Assembly: GCA_026991555.1 (NCBI GenBank)
Contig: JALXBI010000009.1
Coordinates: 8,984 to 72,983 of the forward strand
Source of the DNA: Candidatus Aminicenantes bacterium
Lineage (GTDB): Bacteria; Acidobacteriota; Aminicenantia; S016-38
DNA length: 64,000 nt
Reading direction: 5' to 3'
Of this stretch, positions 8,336-16,811 are shown in pieces. The position numbers were made by a program, and so were the translations under genes. The stretch's first letter is position 1. The number at the start of each line of letters is the position of its first letter. Below the pieces are notes generated by a model that saw only the letters and a program-made list of their open reading frames with translations, made no database searches and was not told the origin of the DNA.

Positions 8336-9919
8336 ATGATTGAGTTCCTGAGAATAAAAAACCTGGCAGTGGTGGAAGAAGCGGAGCTGGAATTGGGGGA
8401 AGGCTTCGTGGCGCTTACCGGGGAAACAGGAGCTGGAAAGTCCATCATAGTGGGTAGTCTGAAAGCCCTGGTAGGGGGAAAGCCTGACCCGGATTCCATA
8501 AGAACCGGGAAGGAAAAGGCGAGAATAGAGGTAATGGTTGAGGGGAGGATTTTGACCCTTGAAATAGGCAAAAAACGCTCGAGAGCCCTCCTGGACGGGC
8601 AGATGGTTCCCCTGAAGAAGCTTTCCCAGGAGGCCTCCCGGTACATAGACATTTTCGGCCAGAGGGACCACTATTTTCTTTTAGAACCTGAAAGGCACCT
8701 TGAGTTTTTAGATGCCTACATCGGGGCCATGAGCCTCAGGGAGAAGGTATTGCGGGCCTGGGAGGAGTTTCAGGATAGCCTCAGGAAGTTGAGGGAAGCG
8801 GAGGAGAGAAGGGAGGAGGTAGAAAGGGAAAGGGAGCTTTTGGGTTTCCAGATTCAGGAGATAGAAAGGGCCAACATAAAGCCCGGGGAGGACCTTGAGC
8901 TGGAAAAAAAGAGGGAATTCCTCCTCAGGAAAGAAAGGTTGAAGGAGGCCCTTTTGAGGGTGAATGGGGAAATGGAGGGGGAAGGAGGGGTTTACGAGAG
9001 GCTCTGGGAGGTTAAAAAGGCCCTGGAAGAGCTCGGAGGGGCTTTCCCGGAGTTTAACCCCCACCTGGAGGACGTTCAGAATTTCCTCTCAGCCCTTTCG
9101 GACCTGGCAAGGCTGGTGGGAGAGAAGCTTGCCTACATAGAGGAAGAGGACATAAGCCTTGAGGAGGTAGAGGAAAGACTGGCCCTTCTTGAGAGGCTCA
9201 AGAGAAAATATGGTCCCACCCTGGAGGAAGTTATTTCCTACAGGAAGAAGGCAGAGGAAAAACTCGCCCTCTTGGAGAGAAGTTTTGACCTTGCAGGGCT
9301 CAGAGAGCAGGTAAAGAGGACAAAGGAAGAATTCCTTGAACTGGCTAAGCAGCTCTCTGAAAAAAGGAAAAAGGGAAAGGAAAAGCTGGAGAAGGAACTG
9401 ATTTCCAGGCTAAAAAAACTGGCCCTGGAAAGGGCAAGGATGGAACTGAGGCTGAGGGAGGTTCCCCCTTATGCTTGGGGTCTTGAGGAAGGGGAATTCT
9501 ATTTTTCCGCCAATCCAGGCGAGGAACTCAAACCATTGAGAAAAATAGCCTCAGGGGGGGAACTCTCCAGGGTGATGCTTGCCTTAAAGAGCCTTTTTGC
9601 AGAGAGGGGGAAAACCTTTGTTTTTGACGAGATAGACACGGGCATTGGTGGTAGAACCTCCTTTGAGTTAGGTAAAATGCTGAGGGAGCTTGCCAGAACC
9701 AATCAGATTATCGTGGTTACTCATCTGCCTCAGGTGGCTGCCTTTGCGGAACAGCATTTTCTGGTGGAGAAGGAGGTCCGGGGAGGGAGAACTTATACCA
9801 AGGTCAGGGAGCTCTCCCCGGATGAAAGATTAAGGGAATTGGCCAGGATGCTCTCAGGGAAAGTAACCCCCTCTTCCTTAGAAAACGCCAAGGAGCTTAT
9901 GGAAAGGGTTACTTCCTGA
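8336..9919 (+). CDS. recN: DNA repair protein RecN
   Basis: 527 aa. SMC-like with Walker A GETGAGKS, a long coiled coil and a C-terminal signature/Walker B region (ASGGELSRVMLAL, FVFDEIDTGIGG). Confidence 0.9.
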   Translation: MIEFLRIKNLAVVEEAELELGEGFVALTGETGAGKSIIVGSLKALVGGKPDPDSIRTGKEKARIEVMVEGRILTLEIGKKRSRALLDGQMVPLKKLSQEASRYIDIFGQRDHYFLLEPERHLEFLDAYIGAMSLREKVLRAWEEFQDSLRKLREAEERREEVERERELLGFQIQEIERANIKPGEDLELEKKREFLLRKERLKEALLRVNGEMEGEGGVYERLWEVKKALEELGGAFPEFNPHLEDVQNFLSALSDLARLVGEKLAYIEEEDISLEEVEERLALLERLKRKYGPTLEEVISYRKKAEEKLALLERSFDLAGLREQVKRTKEEFLELAKQLSEKRKKGKEKLEKELISRLKKLALERARMELRLREVPPYAWGLEEGEFYFSANPGEELKPLRKIASGGELSRVMLALKSLFAERGKTFVFDEIDTGIGGRTSFELGKMLRELARTNQIIVVTHLPQVAAFAEQHFLVEKEVRGGRTYTKVRELSPDERLRELARMLSGKVTPSSLENAKELMERVTS

Positions 9920-10682
9920 GCGCTTTGGATAAAAGCTGTTCCAGGGCCCTCATATCGGCTCCCACAACCCTCTCCCCATTGTCAAGGATAAAGGTGGGAA
10001 CGCCGTTTATTCCCAGTTCCCTGGCCAGGGTATCGGTCCTTTTGAGGATCTCCTCTCCCTTGGCGCATTTTTCCTTGGCCGGGTTTGCTTTTTTCTCCCA
10101 TTCCTTTGCCAGGTAGGTGTCCAGGTCAAGGCCCTTGCAGATGGCCACAGCAGCCAGGTCCGTGCCCTTAGGCCTGTGGACCGGATAAAAGAGGACTTTT
10201 AGTGTTACGTTATATCTTTTGGCTATTTCCTTTATGCTTTTTTCGGCCCTGGCGCAATAGGGGCATACAGGATCGGTGAACATATAAAGGACTCTCCTGG
10301 CTGAGGAGGATGGTTTATAGACCATGACTGTAAGTCTGTCGGCCCTAGCCCTGAGGCTTTTGAATCTGGATTTTAAAAGGGCAGCTTCCTTTTCCTGAAC
10401 CTTCTGGTAGTTCTGGTTGGTTATGCTGTTTCCTAAGGAAAAAAGATTACCCACTATCACATATCCCCTTCCCACATAAAAGGGATAAGGTTTTCCACCC
10501 AGGTCCACTATAACCTCGCAGAGGTTAAAAACTGCTTTTTTTGAAAGAATCTTTCCCTGGGGCAGCTTTGGCACATGTTTTTGCAGGGTCGCGTAGCTCA
10601 CCCCTGCGCACGGATTCTTAACCTTAGCAAAGCCAGGAGTGGCTAATGCAAACAGGAATAACAGAATGATGATTTTCTTCAT
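9909..10682 (-). CDS. Periplasmic thiol:disulfide interchange protein (DsbC/DsbG-like thioredoxin fold)
   Basis: 257 aa. Signal peptide and a CPYC active site (DPVCPYCARAE). Confidence 0.6.
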   Translation of the reverse strand: MKKIIILLFLFALATPGFAKVKNPCAGVSYATLQKHVPKLPQGKILSKKAVFNLCEVIVDLGGKPYPFYVGRGYVIVGNLFSLGNSITNQNYQKVQEKEAALLKSRFKSLRARADRLTVMVYKPSSSARRVLYMFTDPVCPYCARAEKSIKEIAKRYNVTLKVLFYPVHRPKGTDLAAVAICKGLDLDTYLAKEWEKKANPAKEKCAKGEEILKRTDTLARELGINGVPTFILDNGERVVGADMRALEQLLSKALRK

Positions 10683-10730
10683 TGAAACCTCCTGGAGGGA
10701 TTTTAACAGAAGGGCGAGTTTAAGGCAAAA

Positions 10731-11246
10731 CTATCTCAGCCAGCCTGGGGGGATCCCGGCCTTTCGAGCCTGTTCATAAAGTTTATCCAGTTCCTTCCTG
10801 GCCTTTTCAAGTTCCTTTTTGGCCTTTTCCAGCTCTCCCTTTGTTTTTTCTAACTCTTCCTTTAGCTTCTTATGTGCCATGGGCCTCTGCTCTATCAGGA
10901 AACCCGTGGTAAGGGCGTTGACCTTTTTCTGAAGCTCTTCAATCCTTTTCTTCAGTGAGGCGATTTTCTCCTCAATCTTCTTTTTCCTTGATGTCCACCA
11001 TTTTTTGTCCTTCTTCCTGGAAGTTTGCCCCTCTTCTTTGCCCCCTTCCGCTGAGGAAGGGGAATATCCAATCCCTGAGACTATAACACTGGGGGCAGGG
11101 GCCTTAGCCAGATCCTCATTGGTTATTACCTTTACTGCCTTTTCCTTTTTTCTCCTCTGTTTTTCCTTTTTGGATAGCTCTACAAGAGGGGATTGCCCAA
11201 TAAGGAAGCCCGCCATAAGGATTATAGAAACCCATCTCATACTCAT
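10731..11246 (-). CDS. Exported Lys/Glu-rich coiled-coil protein (hypothetical)
   Basis: 171 aa. Signal peptide, then a KKEK/ELEK heptad-rich low-complexity sequence. Confidence 0.4.
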   Translation of the reverse strand: MSMRWVSIILMAGFLIGQSPLVELSKKEKQRRKKEKAVKVITNEDLAKAPAPSVIVSGIGYSPSSAEGGKEEGQTSRKKDKKWWTSRKKKIEEKIASLKKRIEELQKKVNALTTGFLIEQRPMAHKKLKEELEKTKGELEKAKKELEKARKELDKLYEQARKAGIPPGWLR

Positions 11247-11259
11247 CCTCCTTTAAATA

Positions 11260-13377
11260 TTATATAATCCTTATGCTCAAAATTTCATCCTGGGCGTTAA
11301 GGTCCCGGTATACCTGATTCCACTGGTTTCTGTCCTTTATGTCCAGGGTAATGAATATGGTGCCGGTGCCATCACCTACGGACCCTCCCTCTATTCCTGA
11401 CACGTTTATACTGTATTTTGAAATAAGGTCCAGTATTTCCTTTAGAATTCCCGGCCGATCTATTACCCTGACCTCCAGGGATATGCTCTGTTTTTCGTCC
11501 TCCCCTCCGGCCCACCGGGCCTTCCTTATCCTGGAGGGATCCAGAAGGCCCTGAAGATAAAGGGGACAGGCCCTGGAATGTATTTTGATACCCCTTTTGG
11601 TAACATAGGCGAAAATCTCATCTCCCCGGATAGGTCTGCAGCATCTGGCAAATTCCACCTCTATGTCCTGGAGTCCATCCACAATCACCGAAGGTTTTCT
11701 CTTAGGTTTTTTCTTCCTTCGTAACTCCTCCTTAAATTTTTCAGGGAAAAGCCTTCTAAGAAGGCGGGAGGATAGGGTTATGGCCTCTTTACCAAGGAGA
11801 TAGAAAAAATAATCCGGATCCTTTATGTTAAGGTGTTTTAGTCTCCTCTCCAGCTCATCCTCCGTCACCTCCCCCAGGATTTTTTTATTCCTCTGAAGAA
11901 ATTCCTCCCACATTCTCCTTCCCTGGGGAATGAGCTTGCTCTTTTCGCTCTTCCGGAACCAGGTCTTTATTTTCTGTCTCGCCCTCTGGGTTTTTACGAA
12001 GTTTAACCAGTCCATGGAAGGGGTAGCCCTGGGATCTGTAATTATCTCCACTACCTGGCCGGACCGGAGGGGTTTCTTGAGGGAGTATCTCATTCCATCT
12101 ACTTTGGCCCCAATGGCGTGATTGCCTATTTCCGTGTGGATGGCATAGGCAAAATCAAGGGGGGTGGAACCTGCAGGAAGCTCTATGGTATGGCCCTTGG
12201 GAGTCTGAACATAAATTACCTCCCTTACCTCAAGGCTCCTTCCTATATTTTTCATTAGTTCCCCGGCCTTTAAATCGCTCTGAAGCTCCCTGACGAAGTC
12301 CAGAGCTTCTTTTATGTAGCTTCTGTCCTCCTTATAAGCGAGGTGGGAAGCTGAGCCCAGTTCGGCCTCCCTGTGCATTTCCTCAGTCCTTATCTGAATT
12401 TCAAACTTATTTCCTCCTGCGATTATGGTGGTATGCAACGAGCGATACCCGTTGGGTTTGGGGCTTGCTATCCAATCCCTTAGCCTGGCCTGTATAGGGG
12501 TCCAGTTTTTGTGCACTATACCCAAAATCTGATAACAGCGATCTACGGTGTCCGTGATAATCCTCAGGGCGAGCAGATCGTCAATGCTGGTAAGGTCCAC
12601 CCCTTTCCTTCTCATTTTCCTGAAGATGCTGTAAAGCCTTTTCACCCGGGACTGAATTCTGAAGGGGATTCCTTCCCTCCTAAGCACATCTTCAAGCATG
12701 GCCTGCATCTTCCTGAGTTTTCCTTGGAATTCAGCCATCCTTGAGGAGACGAGTTTTTCCAGCCTGGAATATTCCTCAGGGTAAAGATATCGGAAACTGA
12801 GGTCCTCCAGGTCTCCCTTTACCTTCCCCATACCCATCATGTGAGCAATGGGAACATATATAGTTAAGGTTTCCTCGGCAATTCTTTTTCTTTTATGGGG
12901 GGGCAGGAACTGGAGGGTCTTCATGTTATGGAGCCTGTCCGCCAGTTTTACTTTTAATATCCTGGGTTCCTCCATGGAGGAGAGAAAGAGCTTCAAAATG
13001 GAGGCAACCTGCCTTTCTGATGAGGAGAAACCCTTACCTTCCGATTCGGGTATTTTCACCCTGGACAGCTTGGTGAGGGCGTCAACAATAAAAGCCACCT
13101 CTTTTCCGAAAAGTTTTTCCAGCTCCGCTTTTTCCACCCCGGCATCCTCTATTACATCGTGCAGCAGGCCCGCAATTACCGTAATATAATCCGAACCCCA
13201 GGTGGCTAAGGTATAGGCAACCTCTAAGGGATGGGTTAGATAGGGGTCCCCGGAAGCCCTCCACTGGTCCTGGTGAGCTCTGGCAGCAAAAAGCCAGGCT
13301 CTTCTTAAAAGCTTCAGGTCCGCTTCTGGTTGATTTTTCAGGACAAGATCCTCAAGATCCTCGTAACGAATTTGCAA
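11260..13377 (-). CDS. rel: Bifunctional (p)ppGpp synthetase/hydrolase (RelA/SpoT family)
   Basis: 705 aa. N-terminal HD hydrolase domain (HDVIED), RelA/SpoT synthetase domain, and TGS and ACT C-terminal regions. Confidence 0.9.
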   Translation of the reverse strand: MQIRYEDLEDLVLKNQPEADLKLLRRAWLFAARAHQDQWRASGDPYLTHPLEVAYTLATWGSDYITVIAGLLHDVIEDAGVEKAELEKLFGKEVAFIVDALTKLSRVKIPESEGKGFSSSERQVASILKLFLSSMEEPRILKVKLADRLHNMKTLQFLPPHKRKRIAEETLTIYVPIAHMMGMGKVKGDLEDLSFRYLYPEEYSRLEKLVSSRMAEFQGKLRKMQAMLEDVLRREGIPFRIQSRVKRLYSIFRKMRRKGVDLTSIDDLLALRIITDTVDRCYQILGIVHKNWTPIQARLRDWIASPKPNGYRSLHTTIIAGGNKFEIQIRTEEMHREAELGSASHLAYKEDRSYIKEALDFVRELQSDLKAGELMKNIGRSLEVREVIYVQTPKGHTIELPAGSTPLDFAYAIHTEIGNHAIGAKVDGMRYSLKKPLRSGQVVEIITDPRATPSMDWLNFVKTQRARQKIKTWFRKSEKSKLIPQGRRMWEEFLQRNKKILGEVTEDELERRLKHLNIKDPDYFFYLLGKEAITLSSRLLRRLFPEKFKEELRRKKKPKRKPSVIVDGLQDIEVEFARCCRPIRGDEIFAYVTKRGIKIHSRACPLYLQGLLDPSRIRKARWAGGEDEKQSISLEVRVIDRPGILKEILDLISKYSINVSGIEGGSVGDGTGTIFITLDIKDRNQWNQVYRDLNAQDEILSIRII

Positions 13378-13449
13378 TTTTCCTCCCCTTTTTTAAACTA
13401 TAACATATATAATAGTCCTTTGTGGTAGAATATCCAGCGGAGGGATAAA

Positions 13450-13650
13450 ATGAGGCTTAAGGAAAACAGATATCTTTATACACTGAAAGTGGCCAAGAGG
13501 GCCAGGCAAATTCTCGAAGGGGCCAGGCCACTGGTTCAAACTAATTTCAGGAACCCCATAAAAATAGCCCATGCGGAGTTTCAGACCGGCAAGCTCGACT
13601 CGTCTTCAATCGTCATAAACCCTGTGGAGGATTTCTCTTTCTATAAGTGA
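13450..13650 (+). CDS. rpoZ: DNA-directed RNA polymerase subunit omega
   Basis: 66 aa. NRYLYTLKVAKRARQI matches the RpoZ signature. Divergent from rel, the classical rpoZ-spoT neighbourhood. Confidence 0.7.
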   Translation: MRLKENRYLYTLKVAKRARQILEGARPLVQTNFRNPIKIAHAEFQTGKLDSSSIVINPVEDFSFYK

Positions 13651-14511
13651 TCCGAGTCCAAGAGCCCTGCCCTGAATTTCCTCCCTCAGATATTTAAGGG
13701 TAATGGGGATATAGCGTGAAAAATATTTCTTTCCCCTTTTTATCTGATAGGCAAAGGTTCCTAAGGCCTTCAAGTGCCTTTGAAGGGAGACAAGGATATA
13801 ATTTTCAGAAATCAGCTCCCTTTCAAAATCCTTTCTCTCTGTAGCAGAGAAATATATGTAATTATCCCTGAGGAGGGAAGCGTAATCGTAGGGGCCTGGC
13901 CCCATCATGCAATCCTGGTAATCCAGTATAAGGATTTTACCGTCCTTCAGGAAGACATTTCTTGAATGCAGGTCCCTGTGGTTGGGAACCATTCGGCTGT
14001 AATCTATTTCTGAGACCAGCTCTGAGAAGGCTTCCTTCCAGAGGGTTTCAGGAACTGAGGAATTTTCCTTTATGAAATGCTGATATGTGAAGTTTAGCTC
14101 CTTGGAAAACCTTTCCCGGTCCAGGGCCCTGGTTTTTACCGGGTGGCCCGAGGGAAGAAGCCCGCTCCCGTAGGTTTGAAGGACCTTTACAAGGGAAAGA
14201 AGCTGGTGGTAAATAGGTTTCCATTTTCCTCCTTTTTTTACGAATTCCTCTAAGGAGAGGTCCCCGGCATCCTCCATGAGGATGGCCCTCCAGGAGAGAA
14301 AAACATCGTAAATTCTGGGGAGGGGAAGTATGGCGGATAGGAAACGGTGAACTCTTAGCTGTAGCTCCAGACCCTGGCCGGAAAATTTCATGAGCACGAA
14401 GTTCTCGCTCCCCTTCCTGAGCCTGTAGAATTCCCTCTCCGATGCATCTCCCTTGAGTTTTTCCACTGAAGAAAAACCCCTATTTTCCAGAAATCGGATA
14501 AATTCTCCCAT
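13606..14511 (-). CDS. Aminoglycoside-phosphotransferase-fold kinase, likely anomeric MurNAc/GlcNAc kinase (AmgK-like)
   Basis: 301 aa. APH catalytic loop HRDLHSRNVFL. Partnered with a MurU-like nucleotidyltransferase immediately downstream. Confidence 0.5.
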   Translation of the reverse strand: MGEFIRFLENRGFSSVEKLKGDASEREFYRLRKGSENFVLMKFSGQGLELQLRVHRFLSAILPLPRIYDVFLSWRAILMEDAGDLSLEEFVKKGGKWKPIYHQLLSLVKVLQTYGSGLLPSGHPVKTRALDRERFSKELNFTYQHFIKENSSVPETLWKEAFSELVSEIDYSRMVPNHRDLHSRNVFLKDGKILILDYQDCMMGPGPYDYASLLRDNYIYFSATERKDFERELISENYILVSLQRHLKALGTFAYQIKRGKKYFSRYIPITLKYLREEIQGRALGLGSLIEREILHRVYDD

Positions 14512-15292
14512 CTATAAAGATTTTCCCTTCTATGAATTCTCCCGCAGGAACCCTTCCCCTGACAATTATAGAATTTATAACCGCAGCCCCCCTTTCCACC
14601 ACCGCATCCCTCATTATAACCGACGCCTCCACTAAGGCTAAGGGAGGGACCTGGGCTCCCTCTTCAACCCATACCCTGTTCCCGTGGGCTTCAAGGTAAG
14701 ATGTGGGGTCAGTAAATTCCAGGGCTTGGGCCATGAATCCCTGCACCGGATGGTGGGCAGCGAAATCAAGAACCAGGTTTCCTTCCGGAGGAATTTCCCC
14801 AAGAATTTCCCGGGAAATAATCATGGCCCCACAATAGAAATGCCCCCCTTGGCCAAGGACAAGCCTGTTGTCCCTGATGCTGACCCTGGTATATCCCTCC
14901 CTGTATGGGCAGAGAGCTAAGGTTATAGGAGCCTTTCCCCTCCGGTGTGTTTCTATAAAATCGCTATAGGAGGAAAGGAAGAGGCTGTCCCCATTTTGGA
15001 CGATCACATCATCCTTTATGGAAAATGCCTCCACCATTCTCCTTATCCCTCCGCAGGTTCCCAGGAGCCTCTCCTCCAAGGAGAGGGCTAAGGGAAAACC
15101 CTCAAGGGCCCTTACCACTTCCCAGGGCAGGTGATAAAGGTTTACCCCTAAGTGGTCCACATGAAGGGAAAGTCCGGAAGCTATTCTTTTTATAATGGGG
15201 ATTCCCTTGAAGGGAAGGGAGGGTTTTGCCCTTGCCTGGGTAAGAGGAAGCATTCTCCGACCCTGTCCCGCTGCTAAAATAAGGCCCCACAT
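14480..15292 (-). CDS. Sugar-1-phosphate nucleotidyltransferase, likely MurNAc-alpha-1-P uridylyltransferase (MurU-like)
   Basis: 270 aa. N-terminal LILAAGQGRRMLPLT NTP-transferase motif. Has a C-terminal extension of about 45 aa. Confidence 0.5.
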   Translation of the reverse strand: MWGLILAAGQGRRMLPLTQARAKPSLPFKGIPIIKRIASGLSLHVDHLGVNLYHLPWEVVRALEGFPLALSLEERLLGTCGGIRRMVEAFSIKDDVIVQNGDSLFLSSYSDFIETHRRGKAPITLALCPYREGYTRVSIRDNRLVLGQGGHFYCGAMIISREILGEIPPEGNLVLDFAAHHPVQGFMAQALEFTDPTSYLEAHGNRVWVEEGAQVPPLALVEASVIMRDAVVERGAAVINSIIVRGRVPAGEFIEGKIFIDGRIYPISGK

Positions 15293-15813
15293 CAGAACTT
15301 CAAACTGGAAAGCCCCTTTTCTAAGGCCATCTCCACATAGGTTTTTTTAATATAATGGTTCCTGGAAAAGCCCAAGCTCCTGCAAATCCTGTCTATTGCC
15401 TCAGGCTCCCCTTCTACCTCCACGAAATTCCCTAAGGGGGTTCTGTCCAAGGAAACGAGCACATCACCCGCCAAATAGTTTTTCCTTTCCTTCTCGTAAT
15501 AAAATGCCGGTTGGAAACCCAATTTTTCCAGAATTTTCGCCATGGCATCCGGGGAGGAAATCCCGGTCTGGATTTCCTCCCTTACCTTGAAGTTAGGGTC
15601 CTTTATGGGTCTCCCCTTATAGGTCAAAACAGCCCTTTGGTCGCAGACCCTCAACCTCAGGGCTTCTCCCCTCCGGAAAAGTTCCCCGTCCCTGTCAAAG
15701 AGGTAATTCCTTTCAAAACAGCGATCCTTAAACCTGGCTCCCATTTCCAGAAGTTTTTTCTCAATTTCCCCTAAGTCCTCCACCTTCAGTTTTATCTCCC
15801 TTTCAAATTCCAT
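15292..15813 (-). CDS. CYTH-domain protein (class IV adenylyl cyclase / triphosphatase family)
   Basis: 173 aa. N-terminal EIEREIKLKV-type ExExK motif and overall CyaB/CYTH architecture. Confidence 0.6.
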   Translation of the reverse strand: MEFEREIKLKVEDLGEIEKKLLEMGARFKDRCFERNYLFDRDGELFRRGEALRLRVCDQRAVLTYKGRPIKDPNFKVREEIQTGISSPDAMAKILEKLGFQPAFYYEKERKNYLAGDVLVSLDRTPLGNFVEVEGEPEAIDRICRSLGFSRNHYIKKTYVEMALEKGLSSLKF

Positions 15814-16747
15814 AAAGTCCCCTCAGGTCAAGGTGCTCCATTATCACATCCCGCCAGGGGGAGGGAGGAAAAGAATTCAGTATTTCTCTGGCCCTATTGA
15901 GGTATTTCTCCATTACCCCAAGAGCCTTTTCCGCGGCTCCGCTCTTTATAACATCGCTCCTTACCAACTCGAAGTCTATGGGTTTTCTGGTTCGGAAGAA
16001 TTCCCGGATATCTTCAGAAAACCTGCCTCCTTCCTCAAGGTAGTAAATATACGGCAGGGAAAGCTTCCCTTCCCTCAGGTCAGAAAGGGTGGGCTTTTTC
16101 AATTTTTCCCGATCCAAAACTATGTCCGCCACATCGTCTAAAATCTGAAAAGCCATGCCGAATTTTTCCCCTAATTCCTTAGATTTTCTCTCTGCCCTTT
16201 GGTCCCCTTTTAAAATCGCAGGCAGGGAAGCGCTGAGGACAAACAACCGGGCAGTTTTACCGTTTATTATCCTGAAGTAATCCTCCTCGCTCAGGTCTTC
16301 CCTGAAAAGGTTGAGGCTTTCGTCCATCTCGCCGCTTATCATCCCTTCAACTTCCTCGGCCATGGCCTCAATCACCCTCATGTTTTTGAACTGGGTGGCT
16401 ATGGAGATGGCTTTAATATAGAGCAGGTCTCCCAGAATTACTGCCTGGTCAGTGCCGAAGACTAAGTGGGCGCTTTTGAGGCCCCTTCTCTCCTCGGCCT
16501 CGTCTATTATGTCGTCATGATAAAGGGAGGCTGAATGGATCAGTTCCACCGCTGCCCCAAGTTTTATAAGGGGCTCCTCCTCACAATTCAAAATCTTTCC
16601 CAGGGCGAAAAGCAGAAGTGCCCTTATCCTTTTTCCTGACGAGCTGGAAAGGTAATCCACCTGTTGAGGGGTAAGCCCTTTTATGCTGCGGTAGGTTTGG
16701 CGAAGAAATTCTTCAACCCTCTCCCTTATTTTTCCAATAAGGTTCAT
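15803..16747 (-). CDS. Polyprenyl diphosphate synthase (trans-isoprenyl diphosphate synthase)
   Basis: 314 aa. Two Asp-rich motifs (LYHDDIIDEAEERRG, FQILDDVADI). Confidence 0.85.
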   Translation of the reverse strand: MNLIGKIRERVEEFLRQTYRSIKGLTPQQVDYLSSSSGKRIRALLLFALGKILNCEEEPLIKLGAAVELIHSASLYHDDIIDEAEERRGLKSAHLVFGTDQAVILGDLLYIKAISIATQFKNMRVIEAMAEEVEGMISGEMDESLNLFREDLSEEDYFRIINGKTARLFVLSASLPAILKGDQRAERKSKELGEKFGMAFQILDDVADIVLDREKLKKPTLSDLREGKLSLPYIYYLEEGGRFSEDIREFFRTRKPIDFELVRSDVIKSGAAEKALGVMEKYLNRAREILNSFPPSPWRDVIMEHLDLRGLYGI

Positions 16748-16811
16748 AAAAAAGTTTTATCAAAAGGGAAGTAGGTTTGCAAATCCCCGGGTTTTTTTCT
16801 AAGATTTTCCC

